Part shown: one piece after another, positions 18,039 through 26,967 of the stretch
How the letters are laid out: the number at the start of each line of letters is the position of its first letter
Numbering within the stretch: position 1 is the stretch's first letter
NCBI GenBank assembly: GCA_029203105.1
Contig: CP119318.1
Span: 3,243,721-3,307,720, forward strand
Direction of reading: 5' to 3'
Source: Candidatus Kaistia colombiensis
GTDB taxonomy: Bacteria; Pseudomonadota; Alphaproteobacteria; Rhizobiales; Kaistiaceae
DNA: 64,000 bases
The notes under the pieces: generated by a model
The model's database searches: none
The model's input: only the letters and a program-made list of their open reading frames with translations
What the model was told of the DNA's origin: nothing
Position numbers and translations under genes: made by a program

Positions 18039-19177
18039 AGAGCCTCGCTTACGCCAAGGCTTGGGCCATCGAGGCGGCGCTGCCGCTGTGGTCCGGCGCC
18101 GGCTTCGACAAGCAGCGCGGCCTGTTTCACGAGCGGCTGGATTTCGACCGCCGGCCAATCGCCCTGCCCGCGACCCGGCTGATGGTGCAGGCGCGCCAGA
18201 TCGCGACCTTCTCGCGCGCCAGCCTCAAGGGTTGGCACAAGGGCGCGGACGAGGCAGTAATCACCTGCCTCGCCAATGTCGAGCGGCTCTATCACCGCGG
18301 CGACGGGCATCCCGGCTGGATCTTTTCCGTCGACCCGGACGGCAAGCCGGCGAGCCGGGTTCGTGACCTCTACGCCCATGCCTTCATCCTCTACGCCCTC
18401 GCCTGGAGCCATCGCCTCACCGGCGATCCGCATGCCATCCGGCTGGCGGATGAGACGCTCGCCGAGATCGACGTTGTGCTGGCCGCGCCGCATGGCGGAT
18501 ATCTCGACGCCGCGCCATCGACCGACCCGACTCGCCGCCAGAACCCGCACATGCACCTGCTGGAAGCCGTGCTGGCCCTCTATGAGGCGACGGGACGCGC
18601 GCGCGACTTCGCCCGTGCTGAAGCGCTCGTCACGCTCGCTCTGGAGCGCCTGATTGACCCGGAGAGCGGCGCTTTGCTCGAGGATTTCTCGCCCGACTGG
18701 AAGCCGCTGCTGCCGCGTGGCGAAAACCGCGTCGAGTCGGGCCACCAGTTCGAATGGTACTGGCTATTCGGCGAATATTGCCGTCTCGGCGGCTCCGTAC
18801 CGGAAGCCGTGGCCGACGGCCTGCTGATGTTCGGGATCGACAACGGGCTCGACCAGGCAACGGGCCTGATCGTCGATGCCGTGACCGATAGCGGCAGCGT
18901 GATGATCCCGAACTTCCGCTCCTGGCCGCACGCCGAAGGCGTCAAGGCGTTCGTGACGGCCACCGGCGCGGGCCACCCCGGAGCGGCGGCGATGGCGGAC
19001 CACCTGATGGCGAGCCTTCTGACCTTTGCGCCGGATTCGCTCGAAGGCGGCTGGATGGATCGGATCGATGTGGACGGCACGCCGCTCGTCGATCACATGC
19101 CGGCTTCGACGCTCTACCACATGATGGGCGCGATCTTCGAAGCCGACCAGGCTTTCGGGTCAGACGCTGCCGAGTGA
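18035..19177 (+). CDS. AGE-superfamily sugar epimerase/isomerase (N-acylglucosamine 2-epimerase / mannose-isomerase fold)
   Basis: 380 aa with (alpha/alpha)6-barrel-type repeats: WSGAGFDKQRGLFHERL, YAHAFILYAL, NPHMHLLEA, GHQFEWYWL. The GTG start overlaps the hldE stop (GTGA). Confidence 0.75.
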   Translation: MKSLAYAKAWAIEAALPLWSGAGFDKQRGLFHERLDFDRRPIALPATRLMVQARQIATFSRASLKGWHKGADEAVITCLANVERLYHRGDGHPGWIFSVDPDGKPASRVRDLYAHAFILYALAWSHRLTGDPHAIRLADETLAEIDVVLAAPHGGYLDAAPSTDPTRRQNPHMHLLEAVLALYEATGRARDFARAEALVTLALERLIDPESGALLEDFSPDWKPLLPRGENRVESGHQFEWYWLFGEYCRLGGSVPEAVADGLLMFGIDNGLDQATGLIVDAVTDSGSVMIPNFRSWPHAEGVKAFVTATGAGHPGAAAMADHLMASLLTFAPDSLEGGWMDRIDVDGTPLVDHMPASTLYHMMGAIFEADQAFGSDAAE

Positions 19178-20206
19178 GGCGAGCCGGAGCCGCCGCGCCA
19201 GCGCCGCCCAGACCCTCTCCGGAGTCTGGTCGGCCATGCAGGGCGGTCCCTCGCCAAAATCCGGCTTGATCCGGCAGCGCGCCTGTTCGCAGGGCGCGCA
19301 ATCGCGATTCGACAGGAACTCTTCGACATCCGGGCCGACCAGCCCGGTCAGGCCGGGATTGGTTGGGCCATAGAGCCCGATCGTCGGGATGCCGAAGGCG
19401 GCGGCGAGATGGCCGAGGCCGGTATCGACGGTGACGACGCCGGCAGCATTGGCGATGACGGGGATGATGCTTTCCAGCCCGCCTGCCGGCACCTGCTCCA
19501 CATTCGTGAGGCCTGCGGCGATCTTGCCGGCGCGCTCAAGTTCCGTCGCGCCATGAGCGAACAGCTTCACGCCAAGCCCGGCGGTGCCACAGCGCTCGGC
19601 GACGCCGCGCCAACCCTCGACCGTCCACGTTTTCGTCGCCCAGCTCGTGCCGTGGATCAGCACGATTCCGTCGCCGCTGCGCGTCCGGATTCCCGTATTG
19701 GCGAAATCCGGCACCAGTCCCGCATCCGCCGCGGTCGTCGGCATCGGATAGCCGAGCGAGGCCGCGAACAACTTGCGGATCCGCGTCACCATGTGCTCGG
19801 TTTCGGGGATGTCGTGACCGACCTGATAAAACCAGGTCGCCATGCTCTCGCGCGCGCTGCCCTTGGCGAAGCCGTGGCGCGGCTTGACGCCCGAGAACAC
19901 GCCGACAAGCGCGCTCTTCACCAGCCCCTGTGCATCGATCAGCAGATCGTATCCGCCGCCGCGCAGCGCACCAACGGCGTCCTTCATCTCGGCGAAGGTC
20001 TCGCGCGGCTTTTTCTTCATCCGGCGGATCGGCAGGGCAATGACGTTGCGCACGGCGGGATGCAGGCGCGCGAGCGGCGCGAAGGCTTCGTCGACCACCC
20101 AGTCCAGTTCGAGGCCGGGAATGGCGCGCATGGCGTCCGTCACGGCCGGATAGGTGTGGACGACGTCGCCGAGCGACGACAATTTGACGAGAAGGACGCG
20201 CATCAT
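19160..20206 (-). CDS. waaC: ADP-heptose:LPS heptosyltransferase I (GT9)
   Basis: Starts MMRVLLVKLSSLGDVVHTYPAVTD (ATG 20206/20203). Also TVDTGLGHLAAAFGIPTIGLYGPT. The 3' end overlaps the AGE gene by 18 nt (convergent). Confidence 0.88.
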   Translation of the reverse strand: MMRVLLVKLSSLGDVVHTYPAVTDAMRAIPGLELDWVVDEAFAPLARLHPAVRNVIALPIRRMKKKPRETFAEMKDAVGALRGGGYDLLIDAQGLVKSALVGVFSGVKPRHGFAKGSARESMATWFYQVGHDIPETEHMVTRIRKLFAASLGYPMPTTAADAGLVPDFANTGIRTRSGDGIVLIHGTSWATKTWTVEGWRGVAERCGTAGLGVKLFAHGATELERAGKIAAGLTNVEQVPAGGLESIIPVIANAAGVVTVDTGLGHLAAAFGIPTIGLYGPTNPGLTGLVGPDVEEFLSNRDCAPCEQARCRIKPDFGEGPPCMADQTPERVWAALARRLRLASLGSV

Positions 20207-20337
20207 GACCCTGTGGCCGGATCGGCCCAAGCTAAGGGAATGCCGCAATCGCGCCCGCTTCGCAAGCGGCAGCGATCGGCGGTTGACCCGGTCTCGCTTA
20301 GTTTTTACCAATAGTGAAACTCATGCGGGAGACGACG

Positions 20338-21432
20338 ATGACACGGCTTGCGACCCTTCAATCCATGCTGCGCCAGAATGGCGTGGATGCTGTGGCCCTC
20401 GGACCGGGTCCGCACATGGCCTATATCGCCGACGTGCATCCGCATGCCGACGAGCGCCCCTGCCTGCTGATCGCGACGCCGAAGGGCGCGGCAGTGCTGA
20501 TGCCGGAACTGAACGCCGACGAGATGCGCCGGCAGACCGACCTGCCCTTCTTCACCTGGTCCGATGCGACCGGCCCGCAGGCGGCGCTCGCAGCCCTGAT
20601 CCAGTCGCTCGGTATCGAGAAGAACACCAAGCTGGTGCAGGTCGACGAGACCATGCGGGCCGATTTCGCGCTGCTCGTCATCGAAGCGCTCGGCCAGCCG
20701 AAAGCCGCCTTCGCCTCGGAAAGCGTCGGCCGGATGCGTCTCTCGAAGGACGAGGCCGAAAAGGCCGAGATCCTGCGCAATGCCGAGATCGACGACCGCG
20801 CGATGGAGGCCGCTTTCGCGGCGATACGTCCGGGCGTCACCGAGCGCGAGATCGCCGACGCGGCCCGTGCCGTGTTCGAGGAAGCCGGTGCGACGCCGCT
20901 CTTCACCATCGTCGGCGCCGGCGGCAATGGCGCCTTCCCGCACTATGCGACCGGCGACCAGCCGGTAGCTGTCGGCGACGCCATCGTCATGGACATCGGC
21001 GCGCGCTCCGGCGCGTTTTCGAGCGATTTGACCCGCATGGCGTTTGTGGGAGAGCCGAGCGAGGAATATCTGAAGGTTCATGCCGTCGTTGAGGCCGCGG
21101 TCCAGGCGGCTTGTGCCGCCGCTCTCCCCGGCGTCGCCGCGAAGGAAGTCGATGCGGCGGCGCGCGGCGTCATCACCGCGGCCGGCTATGGCCCGTTCTT
21201 CACCCATCGCACCGGTCACGGTCTGGGTCTCGAAGGGCATGAGCCGCCCTATCTGACCTCGACCAGCGAAACGATCCTCGAGGAAGGCATGGTCTTCTCG
21301 ATCGAGCCCGGCATCTATCTGCAGGGGAAGTTCGGTATCCGGTTGGAAGAGATCGTCATCCTCGAAGCCGACGGTCCGCGCATCGTCAGCCGCCTTTCCC
21401 GCGACGTCTTCGTCGCCCCCACGGAGGCATGA
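20338..21432 (+). CDS. M24-family metallopeptidase (Xaa-Pro dipeptidase / creatinase-like)
   Basis: Pita-bread fold motifs HRTGHGLGLEGHEPPYL and GMVFSIEPGIY, plus LEE. Start at MTRLATL (ATG 20338, GGGAGA SD); the track start 20314 is an alternative. Confidence 0.85.
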   Translation: MTRLATLQSMLRQNGVDAVALGPGPHMAYIADVHPHADERPCLLIATPKGAAVLMPELNADEMRRQTDLPFFTWSDATGPQAALAALIQSLGIEKNTKLVQVDETMRADFALLVIEALGQPKAAFASESVGRMRLSKDEAEKAEILRNAEIDDRAMEAAFAAIRPGVTEREIADAARAVFEEAGATPLFTIVGAGGNGAFPHYATGDQPVAVGDAIVMDIGARSGAFSSDLTRMAFVGEPSEEYLKVHAVVEAAVQAACAAALPGVAAKEVDAAARGVITAAGYGPFFTHRTGHGLGLEGHEPPYLTSTSETILEEGMVFSIEPGIYLQGKFGIRLEEIVILEADGPRIVSRLSRDVFVAPTEA

Positions 21433-23011
21433 TCATGAGCGCTGGCGTCGACGATCCTTTCACGCTCGACGTCATCGCCTCGTCGCTCTCGGCGGCGGCG
21501 GACGAAATGTTCGCCGTTCTCCGCAAGGCAGCGATGAGCCCGATCATCTACGAGGTGCTGGATGTCGGCACCGGCATCACCGATGCGGCGGGCAATCTGG
21601 TCAGTTCCGGCGCAGGCATCCCGACCTTCGTCGGCATGCTCGACAAGGCCGTGAAGGCGATCATCGCCATCACCCCCGCCCGACGATATCCAACCCGGCG
21701 ACGTCTTCGCCACCAACGATCCCTATTTCGGCGGCGTCACCCACCTGAACGACGTTGTGCTCGCCATGCCCGTGTTCGCCGAGGGCCGCGTTGTCGCCTG
21801 GACGGCGAATGTCGGCCACTGGAGCGATCTTGGTGGCGCGGTTCCTGGCTCCATGTGGACTGAGGCTCGCGACATCTTCGCCGAGGGGCTGCGGCTGCCG
21901 GCGGTAAAACTCTTCGACGGCGGCAAGCCGATCAAGCCGGTCTTCGCCATCCTGAAAGCGAATTCCCGCCTGCCCGACCTGCTCGAGGGCGATCTCTGGG
22001 CCTCGATCGCCAGCGTCCGCAAGGGCGCAGAGCGCGTCGAGCGCCTCGTCGGGGCTTATGGCGCGGCGACCGTGGAAAGCGCCATCCAGGGGATGTTCGC
22101 CTATGCCGAGGCCCGGTCGCGGCAAGGGCTGGCGCTGCTGCCGAAGGGCCGGCTCCAGGTCGAGGAGCGGCTCGATGACGGTTCGCTCTGGCGCGCCGCG
22201 ATCGAGATCACCGAAGACCGCTTCATCGTCGATCTGCGCGACGCACCCGATGAAAGCGCCAAACCCACCAATCTGAGCCGCGACGGCGCGATCATCGCCT
22301 GCCAGCTGATCTTCAAGATGGCGACGGCTCCCGACATGGTTTGCAATGCCGGCTCATTCCGGCCGCTGGAAGTTCTGACCCGCGAAGGCTCGATCTTCGA
22401 TCCGCTTCCGCCAGCGCCGCAGGGCTATTACTTCGAAACCCGCGTCCGCCTCTACGACATGCTGTGGCGGGCCCTGGCGGAGGCGTCGCCCGAACGGATG
22501 CCGGCCGGCCATTTCGCGTCAATTTGCTCAATCGTCGTCGCAGGCCGCCATCCCGCCAATGGCCGGCGCTTCACCCTGGTGGAGCCGCAGGTCGGCGGCT
22601 GGGGCGCCACGTCGACGCGCGACGGCATCAACGCACAATTTTCGGCCGGCCATGGCGACACCTACAATTGCCCGGTCGAGATCGCCGAAGCGCGCTACGG
22701 GCTCGACTATCGGCGCCTGTCGCTGAACGACGAGCCGGGCGGCGATGGGCTGCATCATGGCGGCAAGGGAATCATCTCGGAATATGCCGTGCGCGGACCG
22801 GACACTGTGATGACGGCCGGCTTCAGCCGCAGCGTCGAGCCGGTCTGGGGCCTGAATGGGGGCGAGCGGGGGCACCACCAATCGCGTCGAAATCCTGCGC
22901 ACCGACGGTTCGGTCGAACGGCATGCCGTCGTGAGCGCGGTTCCGGTGGCGCCGGGCGACCGTATCCGCATCACCACGGCGCAGGGTGGTGGCTGGGGCA
23001 AACCGGTCTAG
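21429..23011 (+). pseudogene. Hydantoinase B / oxoprolinase-family gene with two frameshifts
   Basis: Homologous sequence runs through three frames: frame 3 (MSAGVDDPFTLDVIASSL...GIPTFVGMLDKAVKAII), frame 1 (DIQPGDVFATNDPYFGGVTHLNDVVLAMPVF...WGLNGG), then frame 2 (TNRVEILRTDGS...GDRIRITTAQGGGWGKPV, stop 23009-23011). The switches sit in C- and G-runs near 21672-21682 and 22853-22870. Confidence 0.8.
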
Positions 23012-23064
23012 CAATATCCGGCAAGCGCCGAAATTGGCGCTCGCCCATCGCTCGAACTCGAGGC

Positions 23065-24156
23065 CTAGGCCGTGATTGGCGTCGGCTCGTTCAGCGCGCG
23101 CCGATGCGCCACGGCGGCCCACAATACGACGGTGGCGCCGAACTGATGCAGCAACGCCAGATCGAGCGGCACCACGGCAACCAGCGTCGCGATGCCGATG
23201 CCGGCCTGCGCGGTGACCAGCAGCGCCAGATGGCGGGCCCGCCGCGCGGCGGGCGAGCGCGGTACCAGCTTCCAGGCTTGGAAGGCATGGATCAGGGCGG
23301 CGATGAACAGAAGATAGGCCGCGATGCGGTGGTCGAACTGCACCGTCATGACGTCCTCGAAGACGCTCCGCCATTTCGGATCATAGTCGAAGACGCCAGC
23401 CGGGATGATGTTGCCTGCCATCAGCGGCCATGTGTTGTAGGTCAGCCCCGCCTTGAGACCCGCAACAAGACCGCCGAGGAAGATCTGCAGGAAGACAATC
23501 ACCACAAGAAATGTCGCCATGCCTTTGAGGGGTGTGGCATTTTGCCGATTCTCGCCGCGATCCGACGCCAGCCCCCGGCTGATCCAAACCGCGGCGCCGA
23601 GGATGAAGCAGGCGATGATCAGATGGATCGCCAGGCGATATTGGCTGACGCTGATGCGGTTCACGAGGCCGCTGGTCACCATCCACCAGCCGATGGCACC
23701 CTGAAGGCCGCCCAGCGCGAACAGTCCGAGCAGGCGCGGGACGAGCCGGCGTTCGATCCGCCCGGTCATCCAGAGAAGGACAAAGGGGACGAAGAACACG
23801 ACGCCGATCAAGCGACCGAGCAGACGGTGTCCCCACTCCCACCAGAAGATCTGCTTGAACTCGTCGACCGTCATGCCCTTGTTGACGATCTCGTATTGCG
23901 GGATCTGCTGGTATTTGGCGAACTCTTCCTGCCACTCGACCTCGCCGATCGGCGGAATGACGCCGTGGATCGGCTTCCATTCGGTAATGGAGAGGCCGGA
24001 ACCGGTCAGGCGGGTCGCGCCGCCGACGATAATCATGGCGATGACCATCAGGATCACGGCACCGAGCCAGATTCGGATCAGCGCGCGGTCGCGCTGCCTG
24101 TCCCGCACCGGCGTCTGCCGCACTGTACCGTTTGCCGCCAATCCGTCCATTGCCAT
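23065..24156 (-). CDS. ctaA: Heme A synthase (COX15/CtaA)
   Basis: 363 aa from MAMDGLAANG (ATG 24156). Contains GGATRLTGSGLSITEWKPIHGVIPP, WEWGHRLLGR and multiple TM helices with conserved His residues. Confidence 0.9.
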   Translation of the reverse strand: MAMDGLAANGTVRQTPVRDRQRDRALIRIWLGAVILMVIAMIIVGGATRLTGSGLSITEWKPIHGVIPPIGEVEWQEEFAKYQQIPQYEIVNKGMTVDEFKQIFWWEWGHRLLGRLIGVVFFVPFVLLWMTGRIERRLVPRLLGLFALGGLQGAIGWWMVTSGLVNRISVSQYRLAIHLIIACFILGAAVWISRGLASDRGENRQNATPLKGMATFLVVIVFLQIFLGGLVAGLKAGLTYNTWPLMAGNIIPAGVFDYDPKWRSVFEDVMTVQFDHRIAAYLLFIAALIHAFQAWKLVPRSPAARRARHLALLVTAQAGIGIATLVAVVPLDLALLHQFGATVVLWAAVAHRRALNEPTPITA

Positions 24157-24353
24157 CGCGCACCTCAAGAGAACTCGACGGCTCGACTTAGCGGCTCGTC
24201 GCATCGCGGACAACAGAGGCCGCTGCCGCCATACCAATCGGCCGCGCGACATCCCGTCGCGCAAGATCAGGCGTTGGCGAATGCCATTACGGCCTTTGCG
24301 GTTCTGCGACGAACGCGCTATGCCCACGACCACGCCATCCCGAACAGCAGATC

Positions 24354-24587
24354 ATGCACGAAAGGCCAGACATGCCCATCCGGCTCCGCAAATTCATCGG
24401 CATGATCGCTCTCGTGGTCCTCGTAATTGTCTATGCCTTCGTCGCCATGGTGATCGCTCAGCTGAAACTGCCGGATGCGCCGCGCTGGGCCCAGATGCTC
24501 TACTATGTCGTGGTCGGCCTCGCCTGGGTCTTCCCGGCCGGCGCCATCATCGCCTGGATGCAGAAGCCTATCGCGCCGAAGAACTAG
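24354..24587 (+). CDS. DUF2842 small membrane protein
   Basis: 77 aa with two TM helices (IGMIALVVLVIVYAFVAMVIA and YYVVVGLAWVFPAGAIIAWM). It lies divergent from ctaA, which is the usual alphaproteobacterial position. An alternative start is at 24372. Confidence 0.7.
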   Translation: MHERPDMPIRLRKFIGMIALVVLVIVYAFVAMVIAQLKLPDAPRWAQMLYYVVVGLAWVFPAGAIIAWMQKPIAPKN

Positions 24588-25638
24588 GCCCTTTCCCGAC
24601 CCAGCCCCGGATCTGGCGCTCCAACGCGATGGGAACGCCGGAGAGCAGCAAGTCGACATAGCGGGTCGACTGGTAGTGGCCGTTCATCGAGATGCGCGGC
24701 AAAGCGGTCAACCGGCTCTTGGAGCCAAGAACGCCGCGCCGCGTCGTCACGGCCGTCGCGAAGCCCAACTCGGCCGCGAGATCATATTCGCGCTCCCCGG
24801 CCGTCAGAGCCGAGCCATAGGGATAGGCGAAATGGCGCGGCCTCACGCCGATCATCGCCTCGATCCGGTCGCGGCTCGCGTCCATCTCGCATCTGGCCCG
24901 TTCGAGCCGCAGCCTGGCCAAGGCGTAGTGGCCGACCGTATGCGCGCCGATTGTCACCAAGGGATCGGAAGCCAGCGCCCGCACATCGTCCCAGCTCATC
25001 ATGTCTTGCGCCAGCATCCGTTGCGTGTCGACGCCATTGGCCGCGGCGGCGAGGTCGACGGCGGTCCGCTGGGTATCCTCGTCGACACGGCATAGCTCGC
25101 GGACCAGGATTCGGGCGGCGGCGCGCCTCTCCGACAGACTGCCGGTAGGAAGATCGAAGTCCTGCCCGCCAATGCGCAGTCGCAGACGCGCGGTCCGTTC
25201 GATCAGCGCGACGACGGTCTCCCACCAGGGTACGGCGGTGCGATCGATCAGACCGGTCGCCACATAGACCGTGAATGGCGCGCCGAGGGTCCGCAGGATC
25301 GGATAGGCCTCGGTGAAATTGTCGCGATAGCCGTCATCGAAGGTGAGAACGACGAAGCGGCGCTCGCGCTCCGGCTCCAGCAACCGCCGCTTCGCCTCGT
25401 CGAGATCGACGATGTCCAGCCCATGCTCCCGAGCGCGTTCCACAACGCGTTGCAAGAAGCCGGGCGTCACTTCGAGATGCGCATTAGGCTGGAAGCGGGA
25501 GCCACCGGCCGGGCGTACGCGATGGAACATCAGGATGGCGCCTGCGCCGCGCGCATGGGGCGCGAAGAGCTTGTGAACGCCGCTCCAATAGAGCGCGTTC
25601 AGTCCCGCCTTGTAGCCGGTAGTCTTCAGACCATGCAT
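24568..25638 (-). CDS. Polysaccharide deacetylase (NodB-homology) family protein
   Basis: VVLTFDDGYRDNF (NodB motif 1), plus HTVGH and YPYG downstream. Start at ATG 25638. Confidence 0.85.
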   Translation of the reverse strand: MHGLKTTGYKAGLNALYWSGVHKLFAPHARGAGAILMFHRVRPAGGSRFQPNAHLEVTPGFLQRVVERAREHGLDIVDLDEAKRRLLEPERERRFVVLTFDDGYRDNFTEAYPILRTLGAPFTVYVATGLIDRTAVPWWETVVALIERTARLRLRIGGQDFDLPTGSLSERRAAARILVRELCRVDEDTQRTAVDLAAAANGVDTQRMLAQDMMSWDDVRALASDPLVTIGAHTVGHYALARLRLERARCEMDASRDRIEAMIGVRPRHFAYPYGSALTAGEREYDLAAELGFATAVTTRRGVLGSKSRLTALPRISMNGHYQSTRYVDLLLSGVPIALERQIRGWVGKGPSSSAR

Positions 25639-25755
25639 CAAAGATCCCAGCCATCCGCGCGAGGTGCAGCGACCAACCCAAGGCTCATACGAACCGGATG
25701 TTTACGATAGGTTGATACCGTCGGAAGAACTCATGGGAAGCGATGGAATCACAGC

Positions 25756-26967
25756 ATGGACGGATCAGATGCGCCGGCGCAGGCGACCCGTATCATCCCT
25801 GGCGATTTGAAGATCGCCGTTCATGCTTCGGCGCGCGACATCGCCGACGATTGGAAAGAGCTCGAACGAAACCTGCCCGTCTCGGTCTATCAGAGCTTCG
25901 ACTGGATTGATTGCTGGATCGAGGCCGCGACGGGACCGCAACGAACGCGGCCCGCCATTGTTTCGGTCCGCCACCTCGGCCGACTCGTCGCCATCCTACC
26001 TCTCGGCGTCGAGCGACACGGCCCTCTGCGGGTCGCCCGCTTTCTGGGGGGAGAGCACGCGAATATCCGCATGGGGCTGTTCGATCCGGCCGTCTCGGCG
26101 TCGCTCGATGCGGCGACGACGCAGGAGCTGCTGAAACGCGTCGCCAAGGCGATCCGGGACGTCGACCTCTTCGATTTTGACGCGCTGCCCGTCGAATGGG
26201 TGGGCGAACCAAATCCTCTGGCCACTCACCTGCCCACCTCCCCGGCCCGCTGCGACGTCGGCACGATGCGGCTCGATCCGGATTTCGCGGCAGTCCTCAA
26301 GGCGCACAGAGGCGCCAAGAAGGCGAAGAAACGCCGCTGGCAGGCCAACACATTGGAGCCCGTCGGCGGCTTCCGACTTCGGCGCGCCGGCTCGGCGACC
26401 GAAGCGCTAGCCATCCTCGACGCCTACCTTGCCCAGAAAGCGGCCTGGTTCCGCAGCCAGGGCATCGCCGACAGCTTTGCCGAGCCGGGGGTCGCGGACT
26501 TCTTTCGTACGCTTGTGAAGCGGCGCTGGGCTGGCGGCGATAGCGCGCTCATAGAACTCGACGCGCTGGAGCTCGATGGAGGCATCCGTGCAATTCTTGG
26601 CAGCGGCACGCAATCGGGCCGGTTGAGCGGATACTTCATGTCCGTCTCGGACGATGACTGGCGTCGCGTCAGCCCGGGCGAACTGATGCTCTACGAGGTC
26701 ATCGCCGCGAGCTGCGCGCGCGGCCTGACGGCGCTCGACCTCGGACGCGGCGACGAGCGCTACAAGGCGTCCTGGCTCGACGTCAACGAACCGCATGTGC
26801 GCGCCATCATCCCGGTGACGCCGATGGGGCATGCCGCCGCCGCTCTGCTGCGCCTTGCCGACCGGACCGAGCGCGCCATTCGCGACAATCCGCGACTTTG
26901 GAAGCTGGCGAAGACCATCCGGCGCTGGCGCGGCCAGAATGAAAAGCCGGCCGCCGAGACTGAGTGA
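25756..26967 (+). CDS. FemAB/CelD-like GNAT-fold acyltransferase (Acetyltransf_6 type)
   Basis: 403 aa. The segments YQSFDWIDCWIEA, RFLGGEHANIRMGLFD and C-terminal DLGRGDERYKASW resemble CelD/BioF2-like acyltransferases found in EPS loci. Confidence 0.7.
   Translation: MDGSDAPAQATRIIPGDLKIAVHASARDIADDWKELERNLPVSVYQSFDWIDCWIEAATGPQRTRPAIVSVRHLGRLVAILPLGVERHGPLRVARFLGGEHANIRMGLFDPAVSASLDAATTQELLKRVAKAIRDVDLFDFDALPVEWVGEPNPLATHLPTSPARCDVGTMRLDPDFAAVLKAHRGAKKAKKRRWQANTLEPVGGFRLRRAGSATEALAILDAYLAQKAAWFRSQGIADSFAEPGVADFFRTLVKRRWAGGDSALIELDALELDGGIRAILGSGTQSGRLSGYFMSVSDDDWRRVSPGELMLYEVIAASCARGLTALDLGRGDERYKASWLDVNEPHVRAIIPVTPMGHAAAALLRLADRTERAIRDNPRLWKLAKTIRRWRGQNEKPAAETE

Noticed and set aside
21757-24405. 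882-aa + strand ORF, the longest in the track.
   Set aside because: It is chimeric. Only its first roughly 370 codons are real hyuB sequence (the middle frame of the frameshifted gene). After about 22870 it becomes Arg/Gly/Asp-rich nonsense running antisense through ctaA. This is a typical high-GC shadow ORF.
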